Of a DNA stretch of 64,000 nucleotides, positions 13,140-27,399 are shown piece after piece. Under the pieces are notes generated by a model, which did no database searches, was not told where the DNA came from, and saw only the letters and a program-made list of their open reading frames with translations. How positions within the stretch are numbered: position 1 is the stretch's first letter; the number at the start of each line of letters is the position of its first letter. Origin of the DNA: Haplodiscus bocki (Eukaryota); assembly GCA_965655095.1 (NCBI GenBank), contig OZ296648.1:49042001-49106000 (forward strand). The letters run 5' to 3'. The position numbers and the translations under genes were made by a program.

Positions 13140-14035
13140 TAGTGTTCAATTCAGGCCTAATTTCAATTTTATTTTTATCAGGAAATAATTGTGATTTTCT
13201 TAACGTCTTCATCATTTAAATAGACTTAAACTTCTTTAACTGATAATCGGAAAGTAATGCTTTGATCATTGAATGAAACTAATTCGTTGTTTTCGTTTTT
13301 TTAATATCAAAAGTTGGTACTTGAAATGAAGTCTGTGGTTTCACACATATACCAATGTATTCAGCCTCTAGATTTTTTATTGTATTTATAAACAAGATAA
13401 ATATCCATAGTGAAATTATGCATTTTTCCAGATCTTTTACCTTTGAAAATCATTCCCTGAGCGGTATCACAATCGAGAAAAATCGTGTCAGATGATAAAA
13501 TTTCGACTGGAAGTTCTGATAAGTTGTATTCTTCGTGTATTACAACTGGTTTATATCCTAAAAGATCTCCTATACTCTCATCAGGAGTAAAAGCAATTTG
13601 ACTACCTGTGATATTGTGATATTTGATGATATTTCTAATAGAAGGCCTAAAGTTCGGAAGTTCGATTTGATTGTGAATGGATATACCAATTCTGAAAAAT
13701 AACCTTCTTCGATAATGATTCGTTTAACTTCCTTGTTCAAGCTCTCTTTTTCGTAGGCTCCTGGTGCAGTGGTTAATTGACTGAAACCATCATCAATGAT
13801 TGATACTGTGGATTTAAACAAAACATTTCTGCTTGTGATGTTAAAAGTAGTGTTAAACCCCGTCAAAAAAGTGATAGCTATTTTAACTAAATAATTATCA
13901 GTTTGTAATGGTTGCGATAAATGCTCTTCATGTGTGGATTTATCCTTAACAACTAACATATGTTCTTCATTTTTAGGCTTGGTTTTAATGCTGTGTTTTC
14001 TTAAAGTTTACCATAAAGTTTTACTTATTAGGTGG
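13140..14035 (-). pseudogene. Minor capsid protein (penton, element A)
   Basis: ORF 13570-13959 FLTGFNTTFNITS...APGAYEKESLNKEVKRII; homologue of 45884-46348. Confidence 0.7.
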
Positions 14036-14929
14036 AAAATTTATCAAGAGCATTTCGATAGTGTTGTTCATTCTTTATTTCACCTCTTTTGTATACTTCA
14101 TCTGGTAAGACTGATGCTTCGGTTAGATATTCAATAAGGCTTGATAGTTTCAATTCTAGTAAGCTTCCTAATCTAGTATAATTATCATTGACAACAAAGG
14201 GTGTAAAAGTTTCATTCCTTCCCCTTGTATATTATCAATTTCGGTTTCATTTACGGCTTTTGATTCAATTCGGGCACATTTTCTGGGTAAAACTTATGAA
14301 TGAATTTTTCTGCGTTTTATTTATCTCCAATACCTGTGTAAACAATGTCAATTTTATTGTTATTCAACATTAAAAAATCAGAATCTTTCTCATGCTTCTA
14401 CCATCATATCCAGTCGAAGTTAGGCTTTATGTATTTCATCAGTTGATTCATTATCATTACCATTGATTTTGACCCTGTTAGTACCCACAGTGTAAATAGG
14501 CACGCGCTATTGATTGCTCCAGTGGGAGTTAATTTTTTTCCTGAAGAAGTAGAACCAGTCAATAATGCACCTAACGTTTTCTTTATTTGGTCACTAAAAA
14601 TAGAACTATTCGGCAGAGCTTTTTTCTGAGATTGAATAATATCATTTTCAACTTCTGAATTATCACAGTCATTTTTAACAGGAACTATCTCTAGTGAATT
14701 TTCAATTTCAGAAGTCGTTTTTATTACATCACCTAATTTTTGAGTAGTATCATTCAGATAATCTAATTTTGTAGTGGTGGGTGCAAATGTTTCGTTTTTT
14801 TTATCATGAGTTTCTTTTAGGAAATTATTTTTATTTTCTTTAGGTTGTTGATTCTTTTGTAGTTCAGCTAATTTGTTCAATATAATCAAAACTTGTTCAG
14901 TTAAATTAGGATAAATACTCCTTTACCTA

Positions 14930-15680
14930 TTTTAAAAAAGAGAATTATCTGGATTGAATGAATTTTTTAAACCTAAACGATAACGACCTGTAAATTTATC
15001 CTTCGTCATATCATTAGTGAGAGGATGATTTTTTTCATTCTAACCAGTAAGTGTTAGATTTTTGACTTCATCAATAGTCTTATCCGTGGATGTTTTTTTT
15101 GTTAGAGCTTTTGAACTTCTCTGAAATTGTTTGCTTTGAATATATGATAGAGATTTCCATGAGCTCGAATAGTTCTTTTTGGTAGTTCGAAATATTCTTG
15201 ACTCAATATGAAATTAGATAAAATTTCATGTCTAGATTGTTTAAACATTGCTTATATCCTAGCATCCTTCACTTCTTTTTTCTTTAATTCATCAAGGATA
15301 AATATACACCCGTCTTCGTTTTCCTGAGGATAAGTTAATACTTCCATTGATTTATATCTTTCTATTTCTGTTTCTGAATTCTCGAAAACTTTATCATTAG
15401 CTATTTCAATAATTACTAACTCTTTTTCTTTTCCATTGAGAATGTTTGGGATTATATTTCTTGGTATATAGTTAAAAAAAAACATTTAAATCATTTTTCA
15501 TATGAATCTTGATCTAAAGATGGTAGGTAGACATTTGTTTTCTCAAAATCGTTATCAATATTTGAAATTGAAATTGTTACAAAACAGCTTTTACCACATT
15601 CGCATGTTCCGGTAATGCTAACCCTGGCGGGTTGAGGTGGTTATAAAAAACTTATCCTTTTGTTGTAGGTTTAATCTTTG
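14930..15680 (-). pseudogene. A32/FtsK-like packaging ATPase (element A)
   Basis: Walker A ITGTCECGKS at ~15590-15620; Walker B GCIFILDEL in ORF 15252-15485. Confidence 0.75.
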
Positions 15681-16599
15681 AGGAAATTATCAAACCTATG
15701 AGAGACAGTAGTAATATACTGCAAGGGATTGATAGAAGTAAATATTTGATATTGATGCTAATATCTTTGTTTTCTGTGGTTGTACAATTAGTGAAACTAT
15801 CATAAGTTAGTTATATTCATCACATGCACTTACTTTCATGGAAACTTCCAGTTTTGCGTTTTTGGAAAAGCTTGTAATTGTATATACTTAACCAATTGCA
15901 ATATTACTGCTCCCTTTTATTTAAAGGAAGGTCAACACTTTTATCAAGAGCATTTATCAGTTGTGAAATATTAAAAAAAATTTTTCAACTTCAATTCAAC
16001 CAATTGCATAAATTTTCAAAATAATTTTCATAAGTCATATATCTTTTACTACTAATAGTTGTAATATTCATTTCACGAATCTGAGAAAAGAGATAAACAC
16101 TTTCACTGAAATATTCAATCCAATGTAATAAAAATCCTTGCATATGAAAAATTGTTCCATTATATTGTAAATCAGATTGCTTATGTGGCTACATTTCTTA
16201 GTCTGAAACTAATTTAAAATCATATTTAACAAGATAAAAATAACATTTTTTTGTGATTAGTGGTATAATCGTTAATTTTTTGATCCATGTCAAAGAAATC
16301 AAGATTTTCGATAGTATGACTTATACGTACACATTTGTCAAGTTTGATTTGTGTTGTAGTTTGAAAATGTTCATTGTTAGATTTAATTTTAATTGTTTTA
16401 CCTTATACATCACAATAGTTATCCACTCATTTGCTCAAGAGTATTGGAAAGGAAAAAAAAGAATGTGATTTTTGTCTAACTCGTTCAGTTATTCATATGT
16501 ATCTTCAATGGGTACAAAAATTTAAACTATCTCCATTTGATGTGAAACGATGTTTTTTATTTAAAATTAACAGTGAACTATGGAAGTAATATTATAATT

Positions 16600-17300
16600 T
16601 AATATATCTCTATATTTTATCATAATTTTCTAATTGAACCTCAATTTATAATTTCGCTTAATTTTTATAGTTTCATTTAATTTTTACAAATGCACCCAAT
16701 TTTTTCAATTTAGCAAAACTTATATTTTATCAAAACTTTATAAAATCACCTAAATTTATAACTTCACCTTATTTTCATAATCTCATTTGATTTTAAAAAC
16801 TCACTCAAATTTTACAATTTAATATATTTTTTTATAATTTAACATACTTTCATACTTTCCTGTGTACCACTTCTGTTATAGCATAAATTTAATGAAGTTT
16901 CATTGTTTTTTTCTCACTAATTTCATGTATTTATCACTATTTCTTTTTAATTTTACGTAATTTTCACTGTATTTTTTACTAATATAATGTAATTTTCACT
17001 GTCTTTTACTAGTTTCAAGTAATTTTTGATGTTTCGTTGTTATTCGTTTGCACCTATACTGTTTTTTTTATTTTTTTTTGCAATTTTCATTGTCTTTTAC
17101 TAGCTTTAGGTAATTTTGACTGTTTTTTTTACTAGTTTTTCGTTGGTTTTTGTTAGTTTTGATTAATTTCTATTCTTTTTTATATTTTATATAATTTTCA
17201 CTAATATTTACTAACTTTATGTATTTTTCACTGTTTTTTACCAATTTTTTTCATTTCTGTTATTTTTTGGTAATTTTTACTTTTTTTTCTAGTTTTTTTA
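16600..17300. repeat. Subterminal low-complexity repeats of element A
   Basis: Many degenerate copies of TAATTTTCACTG/TTTTTACTA and ATAATTT motifs. Confidence 0.6.
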
Positions 17301-18299
17301 AATCCGTATAAGGGGCCTGCTACGAAATTTTTTTGTTAAATTTTTTTGCCGCGCGCGTCTGTTGTCAAATGTGATTTTTTACCATACTGACGGCGACAAT
17401 GACGACTACCGACTATGACTGCGGAAAAAAAGAGAAGATGATGAGGAGGATCAAGGAAAAGTAAGAAGAGGAAAAAAGGTATTAGATTACTATGATGACA
17501 TAAAAGTTGATACAAAGATGATTAAGCATACAGCAGTGTTTAGACATTCTATTTTGCTTAGAAAAAAACGTAATATGACTAGATGCTTAATAAAACTATT
17601 GAGATCTACTCACTGACAAAATGCGCAACCAAAAGGTTGCATATAATGTTACCTTCGCATTAAGTCAGCTGATGTTTTTTGGTGTTGGGACCTCGGCTCA
17701 AAAAGCTGGAAAAAGATTTATGTCGAATTTTTTCAGTACCACAAAATCAAGCCTATTACTTTTTCATTTCTAAGGTGAGCAATAATAGTTTTGTACCATG
17801 CTGTAAAAGAACGAGCCTTTCAGATATTTTGTTTTGGGGGAAAATGATGTAATACTTTTCTCTAAACGTGTTTCTTCATAGGTACGTTTGCGGCACCAAC
17901 AAGTCTTCCTTCAAATTTGGTCAAAATTCAAGCTTGTATTCTTTCATGTTCTGTATAAGAGTACTTTTTTTCTGTATTTTACCGGTGGTGTATCGTAATT
18001 GTTTTCAAGTTTGGCAGACAACTTAATCTTGTCACAATAGTATTTTGTCTTGCCCGTCCAAACTATCTGTCATTTTGACTAAATTGTCAAATTTTCATTC
18101 ATCGAAAAATGAGAAGTTATGGGAATTTTCTCGGTGACCTAATACAATTTAACTAGCCAAGATGTACGGCGTTCTTGGAGGAAAAATTTTCACTGATCTG
18201 ATGTGTTGTTCATTTTTCTAATATCATTTCGTTCAGGACTATTTTAAGTTCAGTTTCTGAAATTAGTTAATTGTAATCAATTATTCCTAAAATTTTTAT

Positions 18300-19450
18300 T
18301 GATGTTTCTACTTCTATTTTTTTTTCTGTCAAGGCTGAGGAATCTATTTCTCCCTACGGCGTTTTATGCAAAATAGGAAGTTATCTTTTTGAAATACTCG
18401 CTCGATCTTCCTGTTTTGATTTGTACTGGAAAGATGCTCTGTTATTTTGCAGAAGAGCGATCTTTCCCTCAGGACAGTTGTTGCTTGTTGCATCTATTAC
18501 GGAGTCAACCACGCATAGAATCCTTCTACAGGTTTTGCAATGCAAACAGCCAATTCAATGCCATAACTTTTGAGAGGTAGGGAGTCTGAAATTCCACCCT
18601 GTGGAAATTCTGTATTTCTATTCGTGTAATCAGTTTCATCATTGTTTCTTACTTTTTCTTGAGTTCGGAAAATTAATACTTTAGCTGATAGGTAGCGCTT
18701 TCATTCAAATACATCAAGCATTTTTCTCGTTTCAGTTTTTTAAAATTAGGTAATCGAATGGTTCAGTCAAATCAAAAACTTTGCTGAGAGACATTTTGAC
18801 TCATCAATGGTAGAACAGATGTTCTAGATTAAAGTAAAAATTGTAACTCTTGCGGATGACAAAAGTCTAAATCCCTACTGAATCTTTGAATTTGAAGATT
18901 GCTTGTTTCTTGACGGAAATTTTAAAATGGTTTTGAACTTTTCTGTAGAATTTCCGTAGACGGAAATTGATTGTTATATATGCCGATAGATCAATACCTG
19001 TGTGGGGTCAATTTTTTGAAGGTGGATTGAATACAATTAGGTTGCGAGGAGGTGGAAAGTAAAAACCGCAACGCAGGAATTGACAGATTCTGGTGAACTC
19101 GGGGAGGTTTCATCCTTGAGTCTTTTACGCCAAATGGAAGGAGGTTGCTTGATCATTTTGTTTGTTTGATGGTAAACTTTTAGTCACATCATTTTTTCTC
19201 ATTGTTGTTCCCCTGGTGCCCTAAATCTGAAATCATTTCGTTTCCTATCGAATCACGCTCTTCTTCCAAAGAGATCTTTCCGTCGGAATGACTAAAATAA
19301 GAACGGAATTCGTTGGCTATTGTATCTGGGGACGTTTTACGAACGACTAAACGATTCTGGGGACGTGTTCTTTTTAAACAATTGCGATATTTCCGCAAGC
19401 TACTGGCATAACGGTAGGAGTTTTTACGATAAAACTAATCTGTCGTTGAA
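18300..19450 (-). pseudogene. Ancient CR1-like LINE ORF2 remnant
   Basis: ORF 19189-19398 ANEFRSYFS parallels AEMFNEYFHS of the H2A-LINE ORF2. Traces of YR.I and Q.GFR follow downstream; heavily decayed. Confidence 0.35.
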
Positions 19451-20370
19451 GTTAAAGTTTTAAAGTTATTTAAATGCAGACCTTTGGGAAATGGTCTTCT
19501 GGAACTTTCTTTTTTTCAGGTTATCAATAAACGAAACAAAGCAAAAGATTGCATGCACAAGTATTTTTCCATTTACTTTTATTGTACCAAGGAGTGTAAA
19601 GGACGGTTCTTAGGCGCCACTCAAGCACCAGGTGCCGGGCCACGGGAAACCCCTTCGTCCAGCATGCTATGAAGCTAAAATTTCTCAGACGCTTTTTTCG
19701 TAATAATTTTGAATAATTTTCACTGTCTTTCATTGTGTTGTCCGGCATGACGTGCTGCACGTAGAATGGTGCACGTTTCTTGTCATTACATGTCTCAGAA
19801 GATGTGCTCGTAATCTTCAGACATTCAATCGGAACGCACCTCTTTCTGGCCATCTATTACATCACTCTCCGGTTTTATTGTGGAGCCTCCGCAGTCGAAT
19901 AAAATTGATGATTTTTGTTCGTCAGATAACGAATATCCAAGCTAGAGGAGGCGCGAGTCATAAGGACACAAGATTGAAATAACTGGTGATCTGCAATGCC
20001 ATTTGAAAAAGTTGGATTGCAAAAAATGATAAAAATTTCGACAACTGTCAAGTTTTTTGGTGTTTACTAAAATTTTTCCGCTGGAAGAATCCAATCCTGG
20101 ATTTATCAAATGCGAGAAAAAGAGAAAAATCCGACGTCTGCTTACCTTGTTGACTCAGATGAATAGCGGGACAGGAAACTGGAGCTATCAATTAAGGAAG
20201 GTATTATTGAAGCCCTTCAATCTGACGATTTTATTTGAACAGCGCTAAGTGAACAATTGTTGGGTGTCGCTTTCAGCGTTTAATTAACTTTCTCAACTTT
20301 GGTTTTTCAATTTGTTTTTAGCGTAAAGCTCAACAATATATTCTGTTTCAGTGTCGCCGGTGTGACACCC

Positions 20371-21918
20371 GGTTACATGTCATTTCGTCCCACGCCATTT
20401 CAACCGCTGCAATTTCAACAGTTCACACTTTCAACCGCTTGCCTTTTCAGCCGCTTGCCTTTTCAACCGATTGCAAATTCAACCGCCGCAAATTTGACTC
20501 ATTTAATTAAGTTCAAGTTTATTCACTTTTAACAAGACGTTCGAAAACAATTGAAGTAATTAAAAAATCAATTGGATACCATCAATCAGACAGTCTTGCG
20601 TACTTTCCAAAGGTCATATTGGACGAACTACCATATGTACAAAACTTGTAAATGATGTTTTCGAATTTCACCAGAAAGAAATCAGATGCAGTTTGCATCT
20701 CACAAAGACAACAACCTTGAAAGGACTTTGATTTCTTCTCACCGGCTTTGAACATTTTTCAAAAGGGTTAGCCAGCCCGTAATCCAATAGTACTTCCGAT
20801 CTCACAAGAGACAGTTTCTCTTGGATTAAACTGTACGGCCAGTCATGATAATGTTCTGAGAAGCACTCCGGGAGGCTGCAAGGGGGCGTCACGACAAAAA
20901 ACCAAATATCGCTTCAACTTAATATTTGTTTTTCTGCAAGAAAACCAAAAAACTGAAATTTATTCAGAAGACAAAAAAGATTAATTACAGCAAAATGGAA
21001 GAAACGGTTCCAACCCAGAATACCTAAACACGAAATACTCAAGCCCAAAATACCTAATCCCAAAATATTCAAAGTCCGAATTACCCAAGGCCAAAATACT
21101 ATCACAAATTACTACCACATGTAAGATCAACTTTGCAAAAACTCACGAATTTGAAATTTAAAGTTTTCCAGGGTACCGAAATTTCCCTAAAATTTCGTTG
21201 GGGCGATGATAATTCTGTCTGACAGTATCCAAAGCTTTATAAGGTGAATTAGGATTTTGTATCACAGCGCCGAAAATTTTGAGAGGTTAATTAAATTTTG
21301 TCTCTGTTGGGAATTTTGTGAAATGAATTACCATTTTGTCCCAGCGCCCAGCGTCCCAAAGATAATGTGGCGTACACATCGTGAGCACCTTTTTGTTAAA
21401 CTTCGCGGCTGCTTTCCTGTTCAATGTAACTTTCCGTGAATATTTTGACTGCTGGTATTTTATTTTGTCAGTACCAAAAGAAACAAACATACCAAAAATC
21501 TCTTTCAACGTTTTTTTTTATAAATTTTGCTATTGCTCTAAGATGTGGCACAGCATTTTCGAACTCATAACTGATTCAAATTATTTGTAACGTCTGATAG
21601 GTGCTGCTACCGTAATACTGAATGGCTGAAAATTTTTACTCAATTTCGATTAGGAGTAGGTGCGAACTGTGTGAGTTTCCTATTATCGGTGTGTTAATTG
21701 CTCTTTCCAGTAAATACGACGCTTTTGTAATGAAACCGTACTTTAAATTTTACGTTTCGAAACGATCAATTTTATTTACACTTAGTCACAGTACTTAATT
21801 GATTACTCGATAATTGAAGCGGTTGAAATCGCACGTGGTTGAAAAGGCGAGCGATTGAAAGTGTGAACGGTTGAAATTGCAGCGGTTGAAATGGCATAGG
21901 ACGAAATGTTCTGACTCC
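20371..21918. mobile_element. Non-autonomous MULE/Mutator-like DNA transposon with ~120-bp TIRs built from 15-bp periodic repeats
   Basis: The left end (GGTTACATGTCATTTCGTCCCACGCCATTTCAACCGCTGCAATTTCAAC...) is the inverse of 21810-21918. Termini are GG...CC. Flanks GTGACACCC (20362-20370) and GTGAAACCC (21919-21927) form a 9-bp TSD with one mismatch. Confidence 0.75.
21005..21102. repeat. 15-bp periodic repeat (CCCAAAATACCTAA-like), probably one TIR of a second nested MULE-type element
   Basis: About 6 degenerate copies at 15-nt spacing; no partner end found. Confidence 0.45.
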
Positions 21919-22886
21919 GTGAAACCCCTATTTTTAGGACTCCTTTATCCGCCCTTTTGATGACCGCCCTGAATGTGAAAATTAGATTTATTGAAGAGAT
22001 TGTTTTTTTTGTGTGTTTGCTTTCCGAATACCAACAATGAATTTTGTAAAGTGATATCGTGAATATTGCTCGTAGCTGAAGTTTCTCTGCGTGCTTAGTG
22101 AGCTCCCACGGAAAGTACCCGTATTACTTTATCGTAACTTTTTCGGTGCACACAAAGTTATCGAAACTTCTAGCTTTCCTTCTTTCGGACTTTTTTTATT
22201 TTTTCAGTCTAATTGTCCACAGAACCACGGCATCCACACAACTTGCGGCTATCAACTTCCGTTTATCTAAAGATCTTAAACATGTTAAAACTGGGATCAA
22301 ATTCACTCCATTGAACAATCAAAGTACTATGTCGCAAACAACAGCAGCGATTGAGAATATTTATGCTTACATCTGCTGGACACTCACTAAATACCGACAT
22401 CGATATTTAGGGAAAATAATGCAGTATCATCTTTCAAACACCTCCAAATATGTGTTTTGAATTGTTATCGGGCTTGATAAATTGAACAACTCCATCTCAA
22501 AGCAAAGCAGCAGGAACCACGTTTTGATCCAAATAATGGAAAGGATTGGAGAATGTCAACAACTACCAGAAGTATAGTGCTCAGCAATTTCGCACTCCTC
22601 AAAGATACAGAAGGTACAGATGAAACCAATAAAGAAACAACACCCTTCCCAAAACTGATCTTCCAAATTTGGTCATCGATTCTAACACGCATCCTTACGG
22701 AGAAGCTCTGAAGTCGAAAGGAAGCCCTTCGAACACATCCCAAATAAGTGATATTTGCCTTCAGAAACAGTCAAAATTAATCTCCATTCATTATTTGAAA
22801 ATGCAATTAAAGCAAAATCTTTTATAAAATTCAGGAAGTTTTGCCAGAAACAGAATTGGTACTTATGAACAGATGCCATAACTGTC

Positions 22887-24414
22887 TGTCCCGTGCAACT
22901 TCTGGGCCAGAGTTTTGTGTAATCTCGCTGCGGAAGATGCCTGCTTGATGATGAGGATCACTCTGGGAGTCGTCCTCATTCGTTCCCTGGTTTTCCACAT
23001 TTGCGTTCCGGAATGTTCCCGGAACGGTTCCGGAATGCGTCCGTATCTGTTGGTTCAAGAGAAATTCGTGTAATTAAGACAGAGCGCCCAAAATGCGGGA
23101 CTCTGTCCAGCTGAACTTCTGGGACAGTTTTTCAGTGACTCTGTTTTCAATCTCCTCAGAAACTTGTGTGTTCAGGACGTGTTTCGTGACTGGCAGTTCC
23201 TAGGATTTTTATCTTGTATTTCTCTTGTAACGGCTGCCAACTTTCGTTTGTTTCTCAATGTTGCCATCCTTTTGAAGGAAAAAGGCTAGGCATTATCAAG
23301 ACTGAATTAGCTTTTATTTGTTAATCAACTTGAGATTATAACAAAAATTGTGACAGTTTAAAATAAACAACTAGTCGCAATCAGTACAGTCAACTGATAA
23401 TCAAAATGATATTAAGTACCCTTCCTTAGTACTTTCGTTTCTCCTATTTATACCTTTTCCTTGGCGGGAAACATTTTTGTTTACACGCCAAGTAAAGGTA
23501 CAAAGTAGGGAAAAGTAACTTTAATCATAATAATTACAAAGGAAATATGCCGACTCTGGCGGGAAATAAACAACTTTCCTCCATTTCCTCCTTTACATAC
23601 CGCGTCTTTTCCATCTTTCAACGGAAAAATATACGGGTCTGATCAGTCGGAAATGGATATCAAAGTGCTAATTCCCGCGCCGACACAATAAATAATAACA
23701 TAAACAAATGATTGGAAAGATTTTCCATACGAGGAAAGTAATAAAAAATGCACCAAAATTAGGTAAAATATACTAAAATAATCATATGAAATCAAAATTA
23801 CAAGCTTGATAAAACTATTGCATCGATTTAATCCACTTTCGGAACGAAGCTAAGCTTTTTCCTAGTCCGTTCTTCGTTAATACAGGCTGGTTCTTCATTT
23901 TGGAGAAAGTGTTCCCGAACGACTACCTAGCCGCTTGTAGCACTGCTCTCCGCAGTGCTACTGAGGAGAATGAATCTGGTGGCCACGTAGACGTTCCCTG
24001 TTCGTCCAAATTGACACAGCATAAAAGCACAGCGTTTTGGTTGAAATTTTTGTGACGTCACCAGATCGGTAGCGACGAAAAGCGTACGTAACAAAATATT
24101 CATTCCTAGCCTAGAGTAGCTACTAGGTAGGTGCGTGTTCGTTACGTAAACGTTCCGTCACAATCTGGATCAGTACACGGGAGTGCTACGTATAAAATAG
24201 GTATAAGTTACATGAACATTTACTGGGGAGTGATACGTATTTGATACGACGTATCAACTACATGTAAAAGCAATGATTTATTACTGCAATATTTTTTTAT
24301 GAATGGAAATGGAAAAGTTTAAAACCTTGATACTGTTTCTTCTTTTTTTTCAGGCAATCCGGGGATGTCCTTTTCTTTCTTTATGCCCGTAGGCTTGACG
24401 GATATACTGCGACA
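22887..24414 (-). repeat. 3' LTR (1528 bp)
   Basis: On the minus strand it starts TGTCGCAGTATATCC right after the PPT AAAGGCGGGGAG; direct repeat of 28506-30032. Confidence 0.9.
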
Positions 24415-27399
24415 CTCCCCGCCTTTGTGAAAGGACATTCCCATGGTCAACCTTCTGTTCTGTTTCCTATGCGCTCTGCTCATCGCTGATTGTTCTACAA
24501 AGAAATCACAAGTGTCAAGAGTTCACAAGATAACCAATCGCCAGTAATACTTCGAATCATAAGGGAAGAATCATGCTCTCTGATGAGAGTTGACAAATTC
24601 ACCAAGAATACTTCGTCAAGTGACGGAGTACATACGTAAATTCTCCGTAGTTTTTTTTCAGCTGAGAATTTCTTTGTAGTTTCGGTATTGAATGGTATTT
24701 TTGACGAAATTAAGTAGTAGTGAGTAAAATTTGAGGATTTGGTGCGTAAGCAAATCAAGCAAAGCAAGGTATTGAAGTGAGGAATTTTTTAATTTCGTTT
24801 CTCAACGTATCCTTGAAATATCATGCTGATGTCATTGCTGGTAGACAATTTCATCAAATTAAAATGAGTAAGTAATAAATTACTAAGGTATGTAAACCCA
24901 CCAATTGATAGTCAATTCTTGTTCATCCATGGACTGTCTGAGAAAAATCTGATCCTGCATGAAGAGATCACTTTATTTCAAGCAGATTCTGAGTCAGTTG
25001 TAGGTTCTGCCAGAACTCATTTCGTCATTTCTATCAACCTCCATGTTCCCCTGATGAGAATGTTTTTGTGGAGATGGGCCAAGAGAGTTCGGATGGAGTT
25101 CTGGAACAGCTTTTTGTTGTTGGAGATCATGGCGAAACTGATGAAGATGCGGGGAAGGAGGCACACATCGAGGGTGAGGATGCCGTTGTTGTTTGTGGTG
25201 CTCCCGCGTTGGCGATCTCCGGGTTTGAGTTGCAGGGTCTCAATTTCTCAGAGGTTGTCCAAAAAGAAGACTGGAGGGACAGACTTTGTCTGAGGGTGTT
25301 GTTGACACCGCTCGACCTCCGGAATGTGAGTTTTCAAATCTTCACTCCTCATTAGCTTTTGATTTGCTGGAATAATATGGTGGCCACTCATGTTTCCATA
25401 AACTAGTATTCAGCGCGCGCCTCTTCATGAAGATGACTTCGTGAGGTTATTGTGTTTTAGTGTATAATTGTTCTGGGGAACCATTTGTTCGTCCGGATAA
25501 TTCTGGGACCTCTCGGATTGACTCGGTTGTGACCCGAGTTTGAAGTTGTTGCTCCCACTTCGGAGGAAGATGTCCGTGAAGGGGGCTCTAGATAAAGATC
25601 TCTCACGGATGCTCTTGAGAGATGGATTCTCTCTAATCTACATTGTGAATTTGTTTTTGGGGCAGTGGTTTTGTATCCTCGTTTTTGCAAGTGATGCCGA
25701 ATTTGCTCCTAAAGTTTTCGGAAGAGGTGACGTATCGACTGGGGTGGAGATTGATGGTCAGCCGAGAGCACGCCACGCCGTTGTTACCAGACGCCTGGTA
25801 TCGTTAGTTGCGGGCTTTAGTCTGACGTCTCTGAAGCTGTCCACAGTCGGAGTCGAAGTTGGGAGCTAATGGAGCAAGCTTTTGATGATGGTAATAATCA
25901 TGTTCAAATGAGGAATTTACTAGTATTGTTCCCCATTGGTTCCAAGTTTTACCTCGTTTTCGCCTTTTAGATTAATTCGTCAACGATCCTGCTACCACTG
26001 TTGTGCATGCCACTGGCCATCAGATTGTTTGTTTTGTTGCTCCGTCAGTGAGGTGAAAAAGGCTCAGTTGCTGAATCCGCTAATGAAAACTGGGCATTCC
26101 CGTTGGATTTGTATTTGCGCAATCAGTAGTTTGTCTCTAATGTATATTTTATCTTGGCAGAGTTGAATGAAGTACTGGATCAGCTGCGACATTTTTGTGG
26201 TACGTTCCGTAGAAATTCCGGAATTGTTCCGTATCACTCACTGTTTTTTCCTCGGTGGAAGCAGTAATGTCGTTGATGTCGCCCATACTGTGGTTATCTG
26301 GGGCTGTTCCTAGGTTTTTCTCATTCAGTCGATTCATTGCCTGTATTGTTTTAATTGTACACAATATCGTCGAATTGCAGTCTAAGTAAGAATCAGTGGA
26401 AATTGAGTCAGTCGACAAGGATTATCCTCAGAAAACGATATTAAAAATTCTATATTGCAATCACCACTATCCATTGAGAATTAGTAGTCAAAACATCGTA
26501 TTTGTTCCAAGAGAACTGTCAGGAGCTTCCAAGAATAGGTTCGTATTTGCTCCGTATCAGTTCCACAACAGGTTCCTGGGATTTCTGGAAAGTGTACGGA
26601 GGCGTTCCGTGGAACATACCAGGACAGATTCAAAAATTCAATGTTTGTAATTTTCGTTGCAATTGGGCTTCAGGCGATGACGTAGATCAATTTTTGTGCT
26701 GCGGGATTTGGTAAAATTAGTGGTTGATGCTTCCAATATTTGACCCGTTTGTAGCTACAATCATGGTCCGTATCCAATATGTCACATATCGTTTCTTTTA
26801 TCGAGACTTTGTAGGCAAACTTCTCGTATTGTGGCCAGGATAATCCCAGTCGAAAGGGTTGTGTAATTGGATAAATTACGAAATCCAGAGGCAGATAACT
26901 TTTCAGGAACTATGATGGAGACACGGATGAATACAACTTGTCCATGTCTCTTGTCTCACAAGCGTTTCCCAAACAGCGGTGAAGTTGTTATTGTGAGAAA
27001 GAAACATTGTCATCTCCATTACACTCCAGCTGTGATGCCGTTAGTGGTTTCTTTGGTTTTGTTATGGAAGTTCTGGGAGTTATTGAGGCACAGTACTTGT
27101 TTGCTACTGGTTTCATTTTCTCGGAACTGTTCTGTAGCGGTTCCGGATTTTGAAGTGAGGTTTCCTTTAATGACGTCGTTAGTGAATCTACATCATTTCT
27201 CTGTTTTAGTTGGGGCGTATGCGTGTTTTCATTAGTTTCAGCAGCAGAGTCATTTTGAATATTAGCTAACTTGAACTATCCACAATTATCTCCAGAGGTT
27301 GCTGCCAGACAACACATGGGATTGGTGGAATTTTTTTCTGTTGGTCTGCGGTCTGTCAGTCACTGTTCCGGAGTGAAAAAGTGGCATTTCTAGTTATTA

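Larger units (their letters stand above)
2827..17388 (-). mobile_element. Polinton/Maverick (adintovirus-like) element A, decayed and left-truncated within pPolB
   Basis: Minus-strand fragments of ATPase, penton, hexon, protease, fibre-like protein, HNH, integrase and pPolB in the same order as element B. The right end (CTGCTACGAAATTTTTTTGTT...GTCTGTTGTCAAATG...ACCATACT) resembles the element B TIR. No left TIR is present. Confidence 0.85.

Noticed and set aside
17389-17520. Purine-rich, acidic-coding low-complexity stretch next to the Polinton A end
   Set aside because: No ORF or repeat unit; treated as simple flanking sequence.
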